NCBI GenBank assembly: GCA_031406795.1
Contig: JANOHV010000188.1
Location: 1 to 46,149 of the forward strand
Reading direction: 5' to 3'
From: Candidatus Rokuibacteriota bacterium
GTDB taxonomy: Bacteria; JAUVQV01; DATDCY01
DNA: 46,149 nucleotides
In this document: in pieces, positions 1 to 11,300 of the stretch
How positions within the stretch are numbered: position 1 is the first letter of the stretch
Layout: each line of letters begins with the position of its first letter
Program-made: the position numbers and the translations under genes
The notes under the pieces: generated by a model
What the model saw: only the letters and a program-made list of their open reading frames with translations
What the model was told of the DNA's origin: nothing
Databases searched by the model: none

Positions 1-3000
1 CATCGAGGTCTTGTTGCTCTGCGCCGCGTGGCAGTTGCCGCAGTCGTTCGGCACCCAGAGGCTGGCGTCGTGCTTGGTGTGCCGCGCACCGTCGAGGCCG
101 GTCGAAGGCGGAGCCGCGTGGCAGATCGTGCAGTCCGCGGAAACCACTCCCCAGCCCGGTGAGACGACCGCGGTTCCCTTGCCGTTGGCGTGGCAGCTCG
201 TCGTCGTGCAGGTGCCGAACGGCGCCCCGTACGGGATCGCCACCGTGCCGCTGTAGGTCAGAGCAGTCATGTTCACCAGGTTCACCGACCCGCTCATGTG
301 ACCGTAGTTGGAACCCGTCGCCCAGTCCGGGTGGCAACTCGTGCAGGCGATCGTGGTGATGCCGAAGAGCGTCGCCGCATTCATGTGCGTCGCGTGGCTC
401 CCGGTCGCCGGCCCCGGGCTCGCCGCCGCGTGGCAGAGCGTGCAGCTCGCGCTCGCCGTCCCCCACGCCGGGCTCACGTACGCCCCGGCCGAGGGGTTGT
501 GGCAGCGGTTCGCGCAGACGTTCGTGGCGTCGGTCCAGTCCGGTGCGATGGTTGACGCGAACCAGGTGCCGCCGACCGTCCCGGGGACCAGCGCCGTGTC
601 CTGCACCGGCACCGCCTTCGGCGTCAGCACCTGGGCGTCGGTCCCGACCCCCGGGGTCAGGTGCGAGAGGCCGATCGTGCTCGAGGCCGCGCCCGCCGTG
701 TCGGTCGTGTTGTCGGCGTGGCAGTCCGTGCACGACCAAATCCGGCCGGTCGCGTCGAAGTGCCCGTCGTGCGCCGCCGTCTTGGAGATCTGCCGGAACG
801 TCGTCCCCGTGCTGTTGCCCGCGCTCGTGGGGTTGCCCGCCAGGTTGAAGTAGTGGCAGGCGTCGCAATTGAGCACCGGGTCGTTCCAGCGCCCGTCCGC
901 CGCCGCCGAGCTGTGGCAGGTGTTCGCCGAGCAATACCCGTCGACATTGAGCGGCGGCGCAGATCCTGCCCACGTCAGCAGCACGTTGGTCGTGCCGTCC
1001 GCGTGCGCCGCCACGATCGGGCTCGCCGCGTCGATCAGCTGCACGCTCGTGTGACACAGGTTGCAGTCCGTCCGGTCCGTCGCCTGGTTGTTCGTCACGT
1101 GCAGCGTGTGCGCGCCGGTGGCCGGCACGTCGGCGTGGCAGCCCGTGCAGGTCAGCCGCGCCGGGTCCGCAATGCCCCAGGTCGGGCTCCCCGTCCCCGT
1201 CCAGTCCGTCTGGCTCGTCGTGTTGTCGCCGTGGCAGTACAAATTCGCGCAGACGCCGTTGTGCGTCGCGCTCGCCCCCGTGCCCGCGTCCGCGTCGCCG
1301 CCGGCGTAGGTCAGGTTCGTCCCCGGGTTGCGCGCCGGGTCGAACCGCACGTTGATGTTCGCGATCGGCACGTTCGTGTCGTTCCAGGTCCCGCCGTTGA
1401 AGTAGTTGCTCTGATTGTGGTTGTAGCCGAAGTGGCAGACCGTGCACGCGTACGCGTACCCCGTCGTCGCGTTGACGTGCATGGTGTGCACGCCGCTGAG
1501 CGTGTGGTCCGACGGACCCGCCAGCCCCGGGTAGCTGTGGCACGAGTCGCACGACTGGGGCATGAACCCGTCCGCCGTGCCGGCCGCGTTGTTGTCGTAA
1601 TTGTGCACGTGGCAGGCGGCGCAGTTCTTCCCCGTGTCCACCCCCTGGTAGCCGCCGGCGTTGCCCGTGTGGTCCCCGCCGACCGTCCGCAGCGCCGTGC
1701 CCGAACCGGGGCGGCTCGCGTTGGTGTGGCAGGTCAGGCAGAGGTTGTCCGCCGTCGTCAGGCCGTCGTCCAGCGAGTCGACCCCGGAGACCCGCTCGAA
1801 CCGGATATTCGCGATCGTCGTCGCGTCCGCGCCGCCTGGCAGCGACGTAAACGAACTGCCCACCCCGACCGACGCCTTGATCATGTAGATGTTCGCCCAA
1901 CTCGCGCCGTTGGTCATCCCGTGCACGTTGTGGCAGGCGTTGCAGTTGTACGCGAACGCCTCCGCGTTCGCGTCGCGCAGCGGCGCCACGAACGCACCGT
2001 TCTGGTTCCCGTGCGTCGACACCTGGCTCGACGCCGGCGTGCCCGACCCCGTCGCGTGGCAGGCGTTGCAGGCGCCGGTCACCGTCGAGATCGCCGCCAC
2101 CCCGTTGATCGTCGCCAGCAGCCGCTGCCCGGCGTACGTCGTGTCGTTCACCCCGTTGATGTGCGCCGTCGTCTTGTCGTGGCACGCGTCGCACAGCTTC
2201 GCCGCCGGCGGGTTCGTCACCACCGCCGCCGCGTCCGTGTAGTTGCCCGACGCCAGCGAGCGGTTGTGCCCCCGGATCTCGGCGCCGTAGCTGCTGTCGT
2301 TGCCCAGCTCGTCCGGCGCCCCGATTCCCGTCCCATCCGCGTTCTGTGTCGCCGCGTCCGCCCCGTTGTGACAGCTCAGGCACGGTAGCTCGTAGGCCGC
2401 CGTGTCCCAGTTGCTCTTCGCCAGCACCGTGCCGACGCCGGTCACCGTCCCCGGCCCCGTCACGTTCGCCGTCACCGACGTCGTCGAGTGGCAGTGGTTG
2501 CACCTATCCGTGCTCGTCCCATCCGGCGCTCCCGCCGGCGCCGTCAGGCCCAGCACCGCGTCCACCGAGGTCCCGGTCAGCACGTTGGCGAACTGTACCG
2601 AACCGTCGATGTGCTTGGGCCGCAGGTTCATCGACGTGTTGTTCGCGTTCGCCACGTGGCAGGCGCCGCAGTTCGTATTGAAGTTCGGCCCGTACGCAGC
2701 CGAGAGGTGGTCCGTGTGGTTGCCGCTCGTCGGCGTCTGCAGGTGGCAGACCGCGCAGCTCGGCTCGGCGATCGGCGTGCCCCAACTCGAGCTGGCGACC
2801 GCCGTGCCGTTGCCGTCCTGGTGGCACGACGTCGTCGTGCAGGTCCCGAAGGGCGCCCCGTAGGGGATCGTCAGCGTGCCGCTGTAGGTCAGCGCGGTCA
2901 TGTTCGCCAGGTTCACCGCCCCGGACATGTGGCCGTCGTTGCCGACGTTGTTCTGGTGGCAGCTCGTGCAAGCAATCGTCAGCCCGTACGTCGCCGTCGC

Positions 3001-5330
3001 GCCGATATGCGCGACGTGGCTGCCGGTGGCCGGCGCCGCCGCGGTGTTGTGGCAGAACTCGCAGCCGGTGCTCGCCGTGCCCCACGCCGTGCTCAGCTTG
3101 GCCGCCGCCGAGGGGTTGTGGCACTTGTTCGCGCAGGTGTTCGCCGCGTCGACCCAGTCGGCCGGCGCGTTCCACCACAGCGCCACCACCGTCGTGTCGA
3201 TCGCCGCGTTGTCCTGCGACGGGATCGCCCGGCCCTGCACGATCGCCGCGTCGGTGCCGGCTCCCGGCGTCACGTGCGCCAGCGGGCTGGTGTCCAGCGC
3301 GTTGTTCGGGTGGCAGTCGTTGCAGCTCCAGGTCCGTCCCGTCGCCGCAAAGTGCCCGTCGTGGCTCGACTCCGAGATCGGCCGGTACGTCGTCCCGACC
3401 GAGTTAGTCGCCGCGGACGGGTTCCCCACCGTGTTGTAGTAGTGGCACGCGTCGCAGTTCAGCGCCGTGTCAGTCCAGGAGCCGTCCCCGGGCGCTGCCG
3501 CCGAAGCGTGGCAGGCCCCGGTGCAGTACCCATCGGAGAACAGCGGCCCGGTCGCGCCCGCGTAGCCCATCGCGCCCAAAACCGCCGTCGTCCCGTCCGC
3601 GTGCGAGGAGACGATCGGACTGGCCGCGTCGATCAGCTGCACGTTGGTGTGGCACAGGTTGCAGTCCGTTCGGTCCGTCGCGCCGTTGTTCACCACGTGC
3701 AGCGGGTGCGCGCCCGTCGTCGGCACGTCGCCGTGGCAGCCGCTGCAGGCCAGCCGCAGCGGGTCCGCCGTGCCCCAGGATGGGCTGCCCGTCCCGGTCC
3801 AGTCCGTCTGGCTCGACGTGTTGTCGCCGTGGCAGTACAGGTTCGCGCAGACGCCGTTGTGCGTCGCGCTCGCCCCCGTGCCCGCGTCCGCGTCGCCGCC
3901 GGCGTAGGTCAGGTTCGTCCCCGGGTTGCGCGCCGGGTCGAACCGCACGTTGATGTTCGCCACCGGCACGCTCGTGTCGTTCCAGGTCCCGCCCTTGAGG
4001 TAGCCGCTCTGGTTGTGGTTGTAGTTCAAGTGGCAGGTCGTGCAGGCATACGCGTACCCGGTGGTCGCGTTGACGTGCATCGCGTGCACGCCGCTGAGCG
4101 GGTGGTCCGACGGGCCCGCAAGCCCCGGATAGCTGTGGCACGCATCGCAGGGCTGCGGCATGAAACCGTCCACCGTGCCCGCCGCGTTGCTGTCGTAGTC
4201 GTGCGTGTGACAGCTGATGCAGTTCTTGCCCTGCTCGTTCCCGTTGAAGCCGGCCGCCCACTCGGAGTGATTCCCGTCCGTGTTGGTCAGTGCCGACGCG
4301 GCACCCGGCCGGTTGGCGTTCGCGTGACAGCTCACGCAGACGTCGTCCGCCGGCGTCGCCGTCGTGTCGTTGAACGAGTCGGTCCCCGTCAGCCGCAAAA
4401 AGCGCACCGGCGTCGTCTGCGCCCCGGCGCCCCCGGGGGTGCTCGTGAACGAGGTGCCGACCCCGACCGCCGCCTTGACCATGAAGATGTTCGCGTACCC
4501 GGCGCCGTTGGTCATCCCGTGCGGCTCGTGGCAGGCCTCGCAGCGGTACGCGAAGTCCTGCGCCCCGGCGGCGTCGTGCTGCGCCGTCGCCTTGAACGCC
4601 GCGTTCGTGTTCCCGTGCGTCGACACGCGGCTGGTCGCCGGCGTCGTCCCCCCGGGCGTGTGACAGGCGTTGCAGGCCCCGGTCACCGTCGCCCCGGTCA
4701 CCACCCCGTTGATCGTCGCCAGCAGCCGCTGCCCGGCGTACGTGGTGTCTTCCACGCCGTTGAAGTGCGTTGCCGCCGTGTCGTGGCACGCGTTGCAGAG
4801 CCGGGCCGCCGGCGGATTGGTCGTCGTTCCGTTGGCATCAGTGTAGCTCCCGTCGGCAAGGGAGCGATTGTGCCCGCGGACCTCGGCGCCGTAGCCGCCG
4901 GCCACGTCGCTGCCGAGCATGTCGGGGGCCATCCTGCCGCTGTGCGTCGCGTCGGCCGCGCCGTACGCCCCGGGATCCGTGCCGTTGTGGCAGCTCACGC
5001 AGGGCAGGCTGTAACCGGCCGTGTTCCAGTTCTGCTTCGCGAGCACCGTCCCGACCCCCGTCACCGTCGCCGGGCCCGCGATGTTCGCCGTCACCGACGC
5101 GGTGGAGTGGCAGTGCGAGCAGCGGTCGGTGCTGGATGCCGCCGGGTCCAGCGTCGGCGCCGTGGCCCCGAGGACCGAGGTGGCGTTCGGCGTGGTGTCG
5201 ACATTGAGGAAGTCCTTCTGGTTGTTCACGTGGGTGGCCGTGAAGTACGCCGGGTGGCAGGCGACGCAGGCCGTCACGTTGTCTGAACCGTACTGCGGCC
5301 CGAAGGCTGCCGTCAGGTGCGTGGTGTGCT
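1..5330 (-). repeat. Intragenic tandem duplication of a ~2.6 kb (~870 aa, 21-heme) module
   Basis: Same motif order in both copies (CxHCH, CxSCH ... CANLYCH ... CTTTSCH). 1244-1362 is identical to 3842-3960 (119 bp, offset 2598). 160-300 matches 2790-2930 and 2401-2500 matches 5020-5120. Confidence 0.92.
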
Positions 5331-8300
5331 TGCCGGTCGCGATAACCGTCGGGGTCGTGTCGGCATTCCCGGTGTCGTGGCAGGTGCCGCAGTCGGCCGT
5401 CGCGGTGACGTTCCAGGTCGGGGTGAGGTCGCTGCCGGCAGCCCCGGTCAGATCCGCCCCGTGGCAGTAAAAGTTGTTGCAGGTTGCGTACCCGGCGCCG
5501 AGGCCGAACTTGACCGCAAGATCGCTGCCGCTCTGAGTGGCGGCGACGCCGCCGGGCTCGCCGAGCGCCGTCAGGAAACTCAACTCCACCGAGCCGTTCT
5601 GATGGCTCATGTTGACCCCGTGGCTCGGGTGACAGTACGTGCAGGGGAAGTCGTACCCGGAATCGACGCGCTCATCGACGTGAATCAGGTGAGCGTTGAA
5701 CAGCGCGCCGGGGCCGCCGGAGTTGTAGGTCGCGTCTCCCTGGTGGCAGTTGGCGCACGTCGCTACCGCCCCCGGGTGGTACCAGCCGTCGCCGTCGGGG
5801 GGCGCCCCGGGAGCCGTCGGCGTCGTCGCCCGGTAGTGGCAGTCGACGTTCGAGCAGTCCTTGCCGCCGACGCCAGCGGCGTTGTCGTACGTGTCGGTTG
5901 CCACGCTGTTCGCGACGTTCGCGATGCTCCTGAAGGACGTCCCGCCGTTCTGCGGATCGCCGTGCACGTCGGCCGTGTTCGCGAGCGACCCGACCGTGTT
6001 GATCTCGTGGCCGCCGACGCCGGCGTTCGGGTGGCACCAGGTGCAGGTCTGGTTCTTCTTCTCCGTCGGGGTCAAGCCCGTGAGCGTCGCGGCGTTGACC
6101 GCGTAGATCGCGTCGATGTGCTGCTGGTGATCGCCGGGACGGTTCGGGTACGCGGTCCCGTGCTCCAGCGTTCCGTCGGGCCAGGAGTTCCCGGCCACGG
6201 AGTTGCCGTGGCAGCGCGTGCAACTGCCGACGAAGCTCCGGGTGTGGTCGTGGCAGACCATGCAGGAATCACCGGTCCCGCCCTGGTTGTGGTTGCCGGA
6301 GTGCGTCGTGTCGGGGTGCGGCGGGTTGGCCCCCGCCAGGTGGCAGGCATCGCAGACGCCGGTCTGTCCGGCGCCGGTCCCCGGGGCCGGATCGAGCTGG
6401 GTCAGGTCCAGGCCCCCGGACGCAAAATTCGTCACCGCGACCGGGTTGCTGACGCCGCCGAGGTTGCCGTCGAGGGTCGCCCTGATCATCGCGATCTTGC
6501 CGGTGCCGTGCGGGTCGTGGCAGGCGTCGCACTGGTACCCGGGGTTCGCGGCATAGTCGGCGCCGTTGCCGAAGGCATTCCCGGCGACCGCGGATGGCGC
6601 GTACCTCCCGGTCACGCCGCCCGAGTGGACCGAGGCCTGGGCCACGGCGTTGACGCCGAGGAGTCCGGGCGAGGACGGCCCGTGGCAGTCGAGACAGAAT
6701 TCGCTCTTGGCGGTCGTGTAGGCCAGCAGATCGGTGTTCGCATTCTCGAGGCGGTCCTGGCCGAGAGCGCCGCTGACGTGCGCAGAGTTCTCCGTGTGGC
6801 AGGTGGCGCAGGCGAATCCCGGTCCGCTGGCACCGTGCAGCGTGGCGGTGCCGAAGGAACCGGCGTTCCCGTGGCCGTTCGCGGTGTAGTAGGTGTCCTT
6901 CGACGGCGCGGCCACGCCGCCGGTCGCGGCGCGGCTGACGGCCGGCGAGGCCGTATTGTGGCAGAGCAGGCAGCTGGTGATCCGGGTCGCCGCGCCCCAG
7001 TTGGCCTTGGCGACCGTGGCGCCGACCTGGCCGCCGACGTTCGCGGTGGAGTGGCAGCGGCTGCAGATGTCGGTGGTCGCGAGCGGCGCGACCGTGCCGG
7101 AGCTCGTCGGGCTGGTGTAGAGGTCCGACATCGCGTCGCTCCAGCCCCGGTTCTGGTTCTCGAAGTCGACCTGGAAATCCGTTTCGATCGTGCCGTTCAC
7201 GTGGTTGCGCGAGGGCTCCCAGACATAGCCGGCGTCGTAGGCGCCGCCGGGCATGGGCGTGCCCGGGTTCAGAGCGTGGCAGTTCGTGGTGCAACCCGCG
7301 GGGGTGCCGACCGTGCCGTCGTCCTTCCACCCGTGACAGACCTGGCAGCGGCTCGAGTGGGAGTTGAGCCCCGGGCCCCACGCGATCAGGCTCTTGCCCG
7401 CCATGTGGGTGCCGTGGGCCCCCTGGGTCAACTGCTGCCCAAAGACGTTGCCGGCCTCGGTGTCGATGTCGTGGCAGGTCCCGCAGGTCCCGGTGGTGTG
7501 ATCGTTCCAGACCGGGGTGATGTCGGTGCCGCGGGTCCCGCCCGTGCCGTTGGCAGCGCCGCTGAAGTCCGCGCCGTGGCAGTACATGTTGGTGCAGGTC
7601 GTATTGGCCGCGACGCCGTACTTCAAGTTGCTCGTCGTCGGGGTGATGACTTCATCGGCAGGATCGAGATCCTTGTTGATCGTCGGGTTGCCGAGCGGGC
7701 TCAGGTCGATGGTGCCGTTGAGATGCGCGGTGTTGTTGAGCACGGTGTGACAGTAGGAGCACGCGTAGGTCTTGCTGGCGTTGACGTTCGGCGAGGCGAT
7801 CCCGGCGACGTGGGCCAGGTGGGAGTCCGGGAGGTCGCCGTTCACGAAGGTCGGCGCGGTGCCGACGACATAGGTGCGCCCGACTGTCGGATACGTGGTC
7901 GCGCCGACGAGGCCGCGGGTGTAGTGGCAGGTTTCGCAGTTCGGCACGTTGGTGTCGCCGCCCTCCCATCCGAGCGTCCCGGCGGCCGGCCCATAGGCGG
8001 GCGTCGGCTTTTCGTAGTGGCAGTCGGCGTTTGCACAGGCCAGCGTCGCGTTGTTGTAGGTTCCCAGCGTGTGCGTGTCGAGGGACGCGGCCCCGTCGAG
8101 AAGATTGTCGATGCGGCCGAAGGTGCCGACGTTGGCGGCAATCCCATCGTTGATGACGTCCACCCGGTTGAGGAGGCTGCCTCCGGTGTCGGTCCGGTGG
8201 TTCGCGCTGCCGGGTGCAGGATGGCAGTAGGCGCACATCTCGATCTGGTCGGCCTGGCTCAGCGTGAACCCTTCCTTGGCCCGCAGCGCGGCGATGTGCT

Positions 8301-11300
8301 CGGGGTGGGAGCCTTTGTCGCTGTCGTAATAATGGCCGGCGCTGTTCGTGCCGTCGGGCCAGATCTGGCCCAGGTTGGTCGTCTCGCGGTCGCCGTGGCA
8401 GAGCGCACAGCCGTAGGGCTGACCCCAGACCGCCGCGGGGTGGCAGCCGGAGGCGATGGTCATGTTGCCGCAGGAGCCGCCGATATACGAAAAGCCCTGG
8501 TCGGTACCGGCAGTCCCCACGCGGGTGTAGGGCGCGGTGTCGATCAGCGCGAGCATCGCCGCGTCGGCGCGGGGCGAAGCCTGGGCCGGCATCTGGGCGT
8601 GGAGGGAGCGATCCGCGCCGGTGTTCAGATGGCAGGTCACGCAGGAAAGCGTGTTGTGGGTGGTGCCGGTGTGGCGGCCGCCGCTGGCCGGGCTGTTCGG
8701 GCGCCCGGTCCCGTCGCCGGCCGTGCCGTGGCACATGTCGCAGCCGACCGGATTGGCCGACGCGGCGCCGGTGGCCTTCACGCGCAGGATGCCGTCGTCC
8801 CAGTCCGGCACGTCGAGCGAGCCGGTGCCGTGGCAGTAGGTCGCATCGCAGGTGTTGTCGTCGCCGGTGCCGCCGGTGGGTCCGACCCGGTCGAAGGTGC
8901 CGCCGGCGAGGAAATTGCCCGCGAAGGTGACATTCGAACTCTTGTCCATCGCCTCGTGAGTCACGCTATTATCCGGGTGGCACCGCGAGCAGTTGTAGGC
9001 GTAGTACGTCGGCTGAGCGCCGGCGTGAACCTGGTGCTCGCCCTGCGAGGGCCAGGCGTTAGTGAGTGCACCGTTGTTGGTACCGTTGTTGTGGCAGTGC
9101 GTGCAGCTGGTTGTGGCGACGCTCCAGGTGATCGTCGCGGCGGCGAACTGCCGGCCGCTGTGACAGCTCAGCGCGGAGCAGGTCTTGTCGTCGCCGTTGC
9201 CGGGAGTGTTGTCCGGCCCGTCGGCGTCCCAGGTGAAGCTCACTGCCTGGGGGTTGACCACCGGATAGGTGCCGCCGCCGACGACGTCCTTCTCGCGATC
9301 GACGTGCTGGCCGTTGCCGACGAGGATGCTCGTGCCGTTCGCGGTCGTGGTGGCATGGCAGTTCTGGCAGCCGACGTTCTTCGCGACGTGGCGGGCGTGG
9401 TTCCCGGCCGCGTCGGCTGGGTAGCTCTGGCCGGCGCCGTTGTTGTGGCAGGAGGTGCAGGGCAGATTGATCGACGCATAGTTCGGCGTCGTCAGCCCGG
9501 TCATCCAGATTGCGGAGCCGGCAAGGTTCACGGCGTTTACCGAAGAGCCGTTGGAGTGGCAGTAGAGGTTCGAACACTCGTTCGTCGCCACGTTGTAGTC
9601 GGGCGTCGCCTGCGGCACGGCACCGCCGGGAAAGAGCGTCGCGTTGACGTTGAACGTCTTGTCGAACCAGATCGACTCGTAGGTCGGCGGCGTGGTGCCG
9701 TGGGTCGCCCCGTCGTTCGTCTGGCTGTGGCACATTTTGCACGAGAAGCCGTAGCCCCCGAGGGCGGTGGAGTTGGCGTGGCGGGCGTGCGGCGTCATGG
9801 ACTCGAAGTGGTCGATGTAGTCGGCGTTCTGCGTAGCGAGACTGTTCGGCGGCTGGCCGTGGCAGGACGTGCAGATCCCGGCCGCGCCCCACGAACCCGA
9901 CGTGTCGTTGTGCTTGTGGCAGGTGCCGCAGTCGACCAGCGCGGTGGGGATGTTGCCGCCGGTGTGGTGGTTCCCCGCCATCAGGCCCGAGAGCGGGGAG
10001 AGAGGCACCGGGGGGGTACCCGCCGTCAGACCGGCGTGACAGATGCCGTTGTCACAGATGCCGCCGGCGACGATGTGCGGGGCGGTGCCGTCGTTGATGT
10101 AATAGTCGAAGTCGGCGCCGGCCGCGTGCTCAAAGACGGTGGCCTCCCGGCCGCCTGGTTCGCTCGCGGTCCGGTTCGGCAACTGCTGCGGGATCATGTA
10201 AATGTTGCTGGTCGTCCCGGAGCCCTCGGCGTGTTCGTCGTGGCAGTCGAGGCAGCCGACCGTCCCCTGGTGGGCCTTCATCGTCCCGTGGCAGGTGTAG
10301 CAGATCGAGGTCAGCGATTTGGTCGGGGTCAGCGACGAAAAGAGAGGATCCGGGGTGGCGGCGAACATCTTGCCGGTGGTGAACCGGGTGTCGGGCGCCA
10401 CGTACGGGGAATCGTGCCTCGCATTGACGGTGTGGCAGTTCGTGCAGTTGAAGTTCAGCGCGTTGCCCTTGCTCGAGGTGTTCATGCCGTGGCCGTGCCG
10501 CTCGAAGTTGTCCGCCGCGTCCCCGTTATAGTGGCAGACCGACGTGCAGTCCGTCGTCACGTCGAAGCCGGTGTCCCCCTCGTGCCCGTCGTTGAAGAGC
10601 CTCTGATTGCCGGAATAGTGCGTGTCGTGGCAGACGCGGCACTGGTTGTTGCCGCCGGCGAAGGCCGGTTTGAGCAGCGTGCCGTCGGACTCCGCGATCG
10701 CACCGCTGCCCCCGCCGCCGGTCACCCCGTCGCTGTGGGGGGAGGTCGCCGTGAGCTGAACATTGTGATCCGAGTCGTTGATGCCGTTGACCGGTGACGC
10801 TGCGTTGCCGTGACAGACGCGGCAAAGGTTGTCGTATTCGCCCGCGACGGTGACGCTCCGGAGCATGAAAGGGTTGGCGACCGGCGGAATGCCGTGCTCC
10901 GGGTAGCCGGGACCGGGGCCGACGGTCACGTCGTGGCAGTCCACGCAATCGAGCTCGTTCGGCGACGCCGAGCCCCAGGTCGAGAGGTACTCCCCCGCGG
11001 TGTTCGCGTTGGCGGCGAAATCCCGCCCGACCGGGTGCATCGAGGTTTTCCCGGTGAAGTGAGAGAGCACCCCGCGCATCTTGCTGTTGCCGGTGTTGTT
11101 GTGGCAGTAGGTGCAGCCGAACTGGGGGGGAGGGGCCGGGGTCGCCGGGTTGAACGCCGACTTCATCGCCGACATCGTCCGCGACGCCTTGTTGATGTAG
11201 CTCGTGCCGGTCTCTCCCTCATCGGTGTCCAGGGTGTGGCAGGAGTAGCACCCGGAACCGCCGGGCTCGGCGGCGAAGAAATGGAGCGCGGCGGCCGGAC

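Noticed and set aside
1244-3960. 119-bp exact repeat as a diversity-generating retroelement TR/VR pair or mobile-element end
   Set aside because: Both copies are in-frame parts of larger protein modules with no adenine-specific mismatch pattern, and there is no reverse transcriptase or transposase in the window.
661-10797. Very long plus-strand ORFs (661-2388, 2488-5286, 5317-10797; up to 1826 aa)
   Set aside because: Codon-aligned antisense shadows of the giant cytochrome. The Val/Ala/Arg-rich text with recurring VA reflects reverse-complemented His-Cys codons; no recognisable domains.
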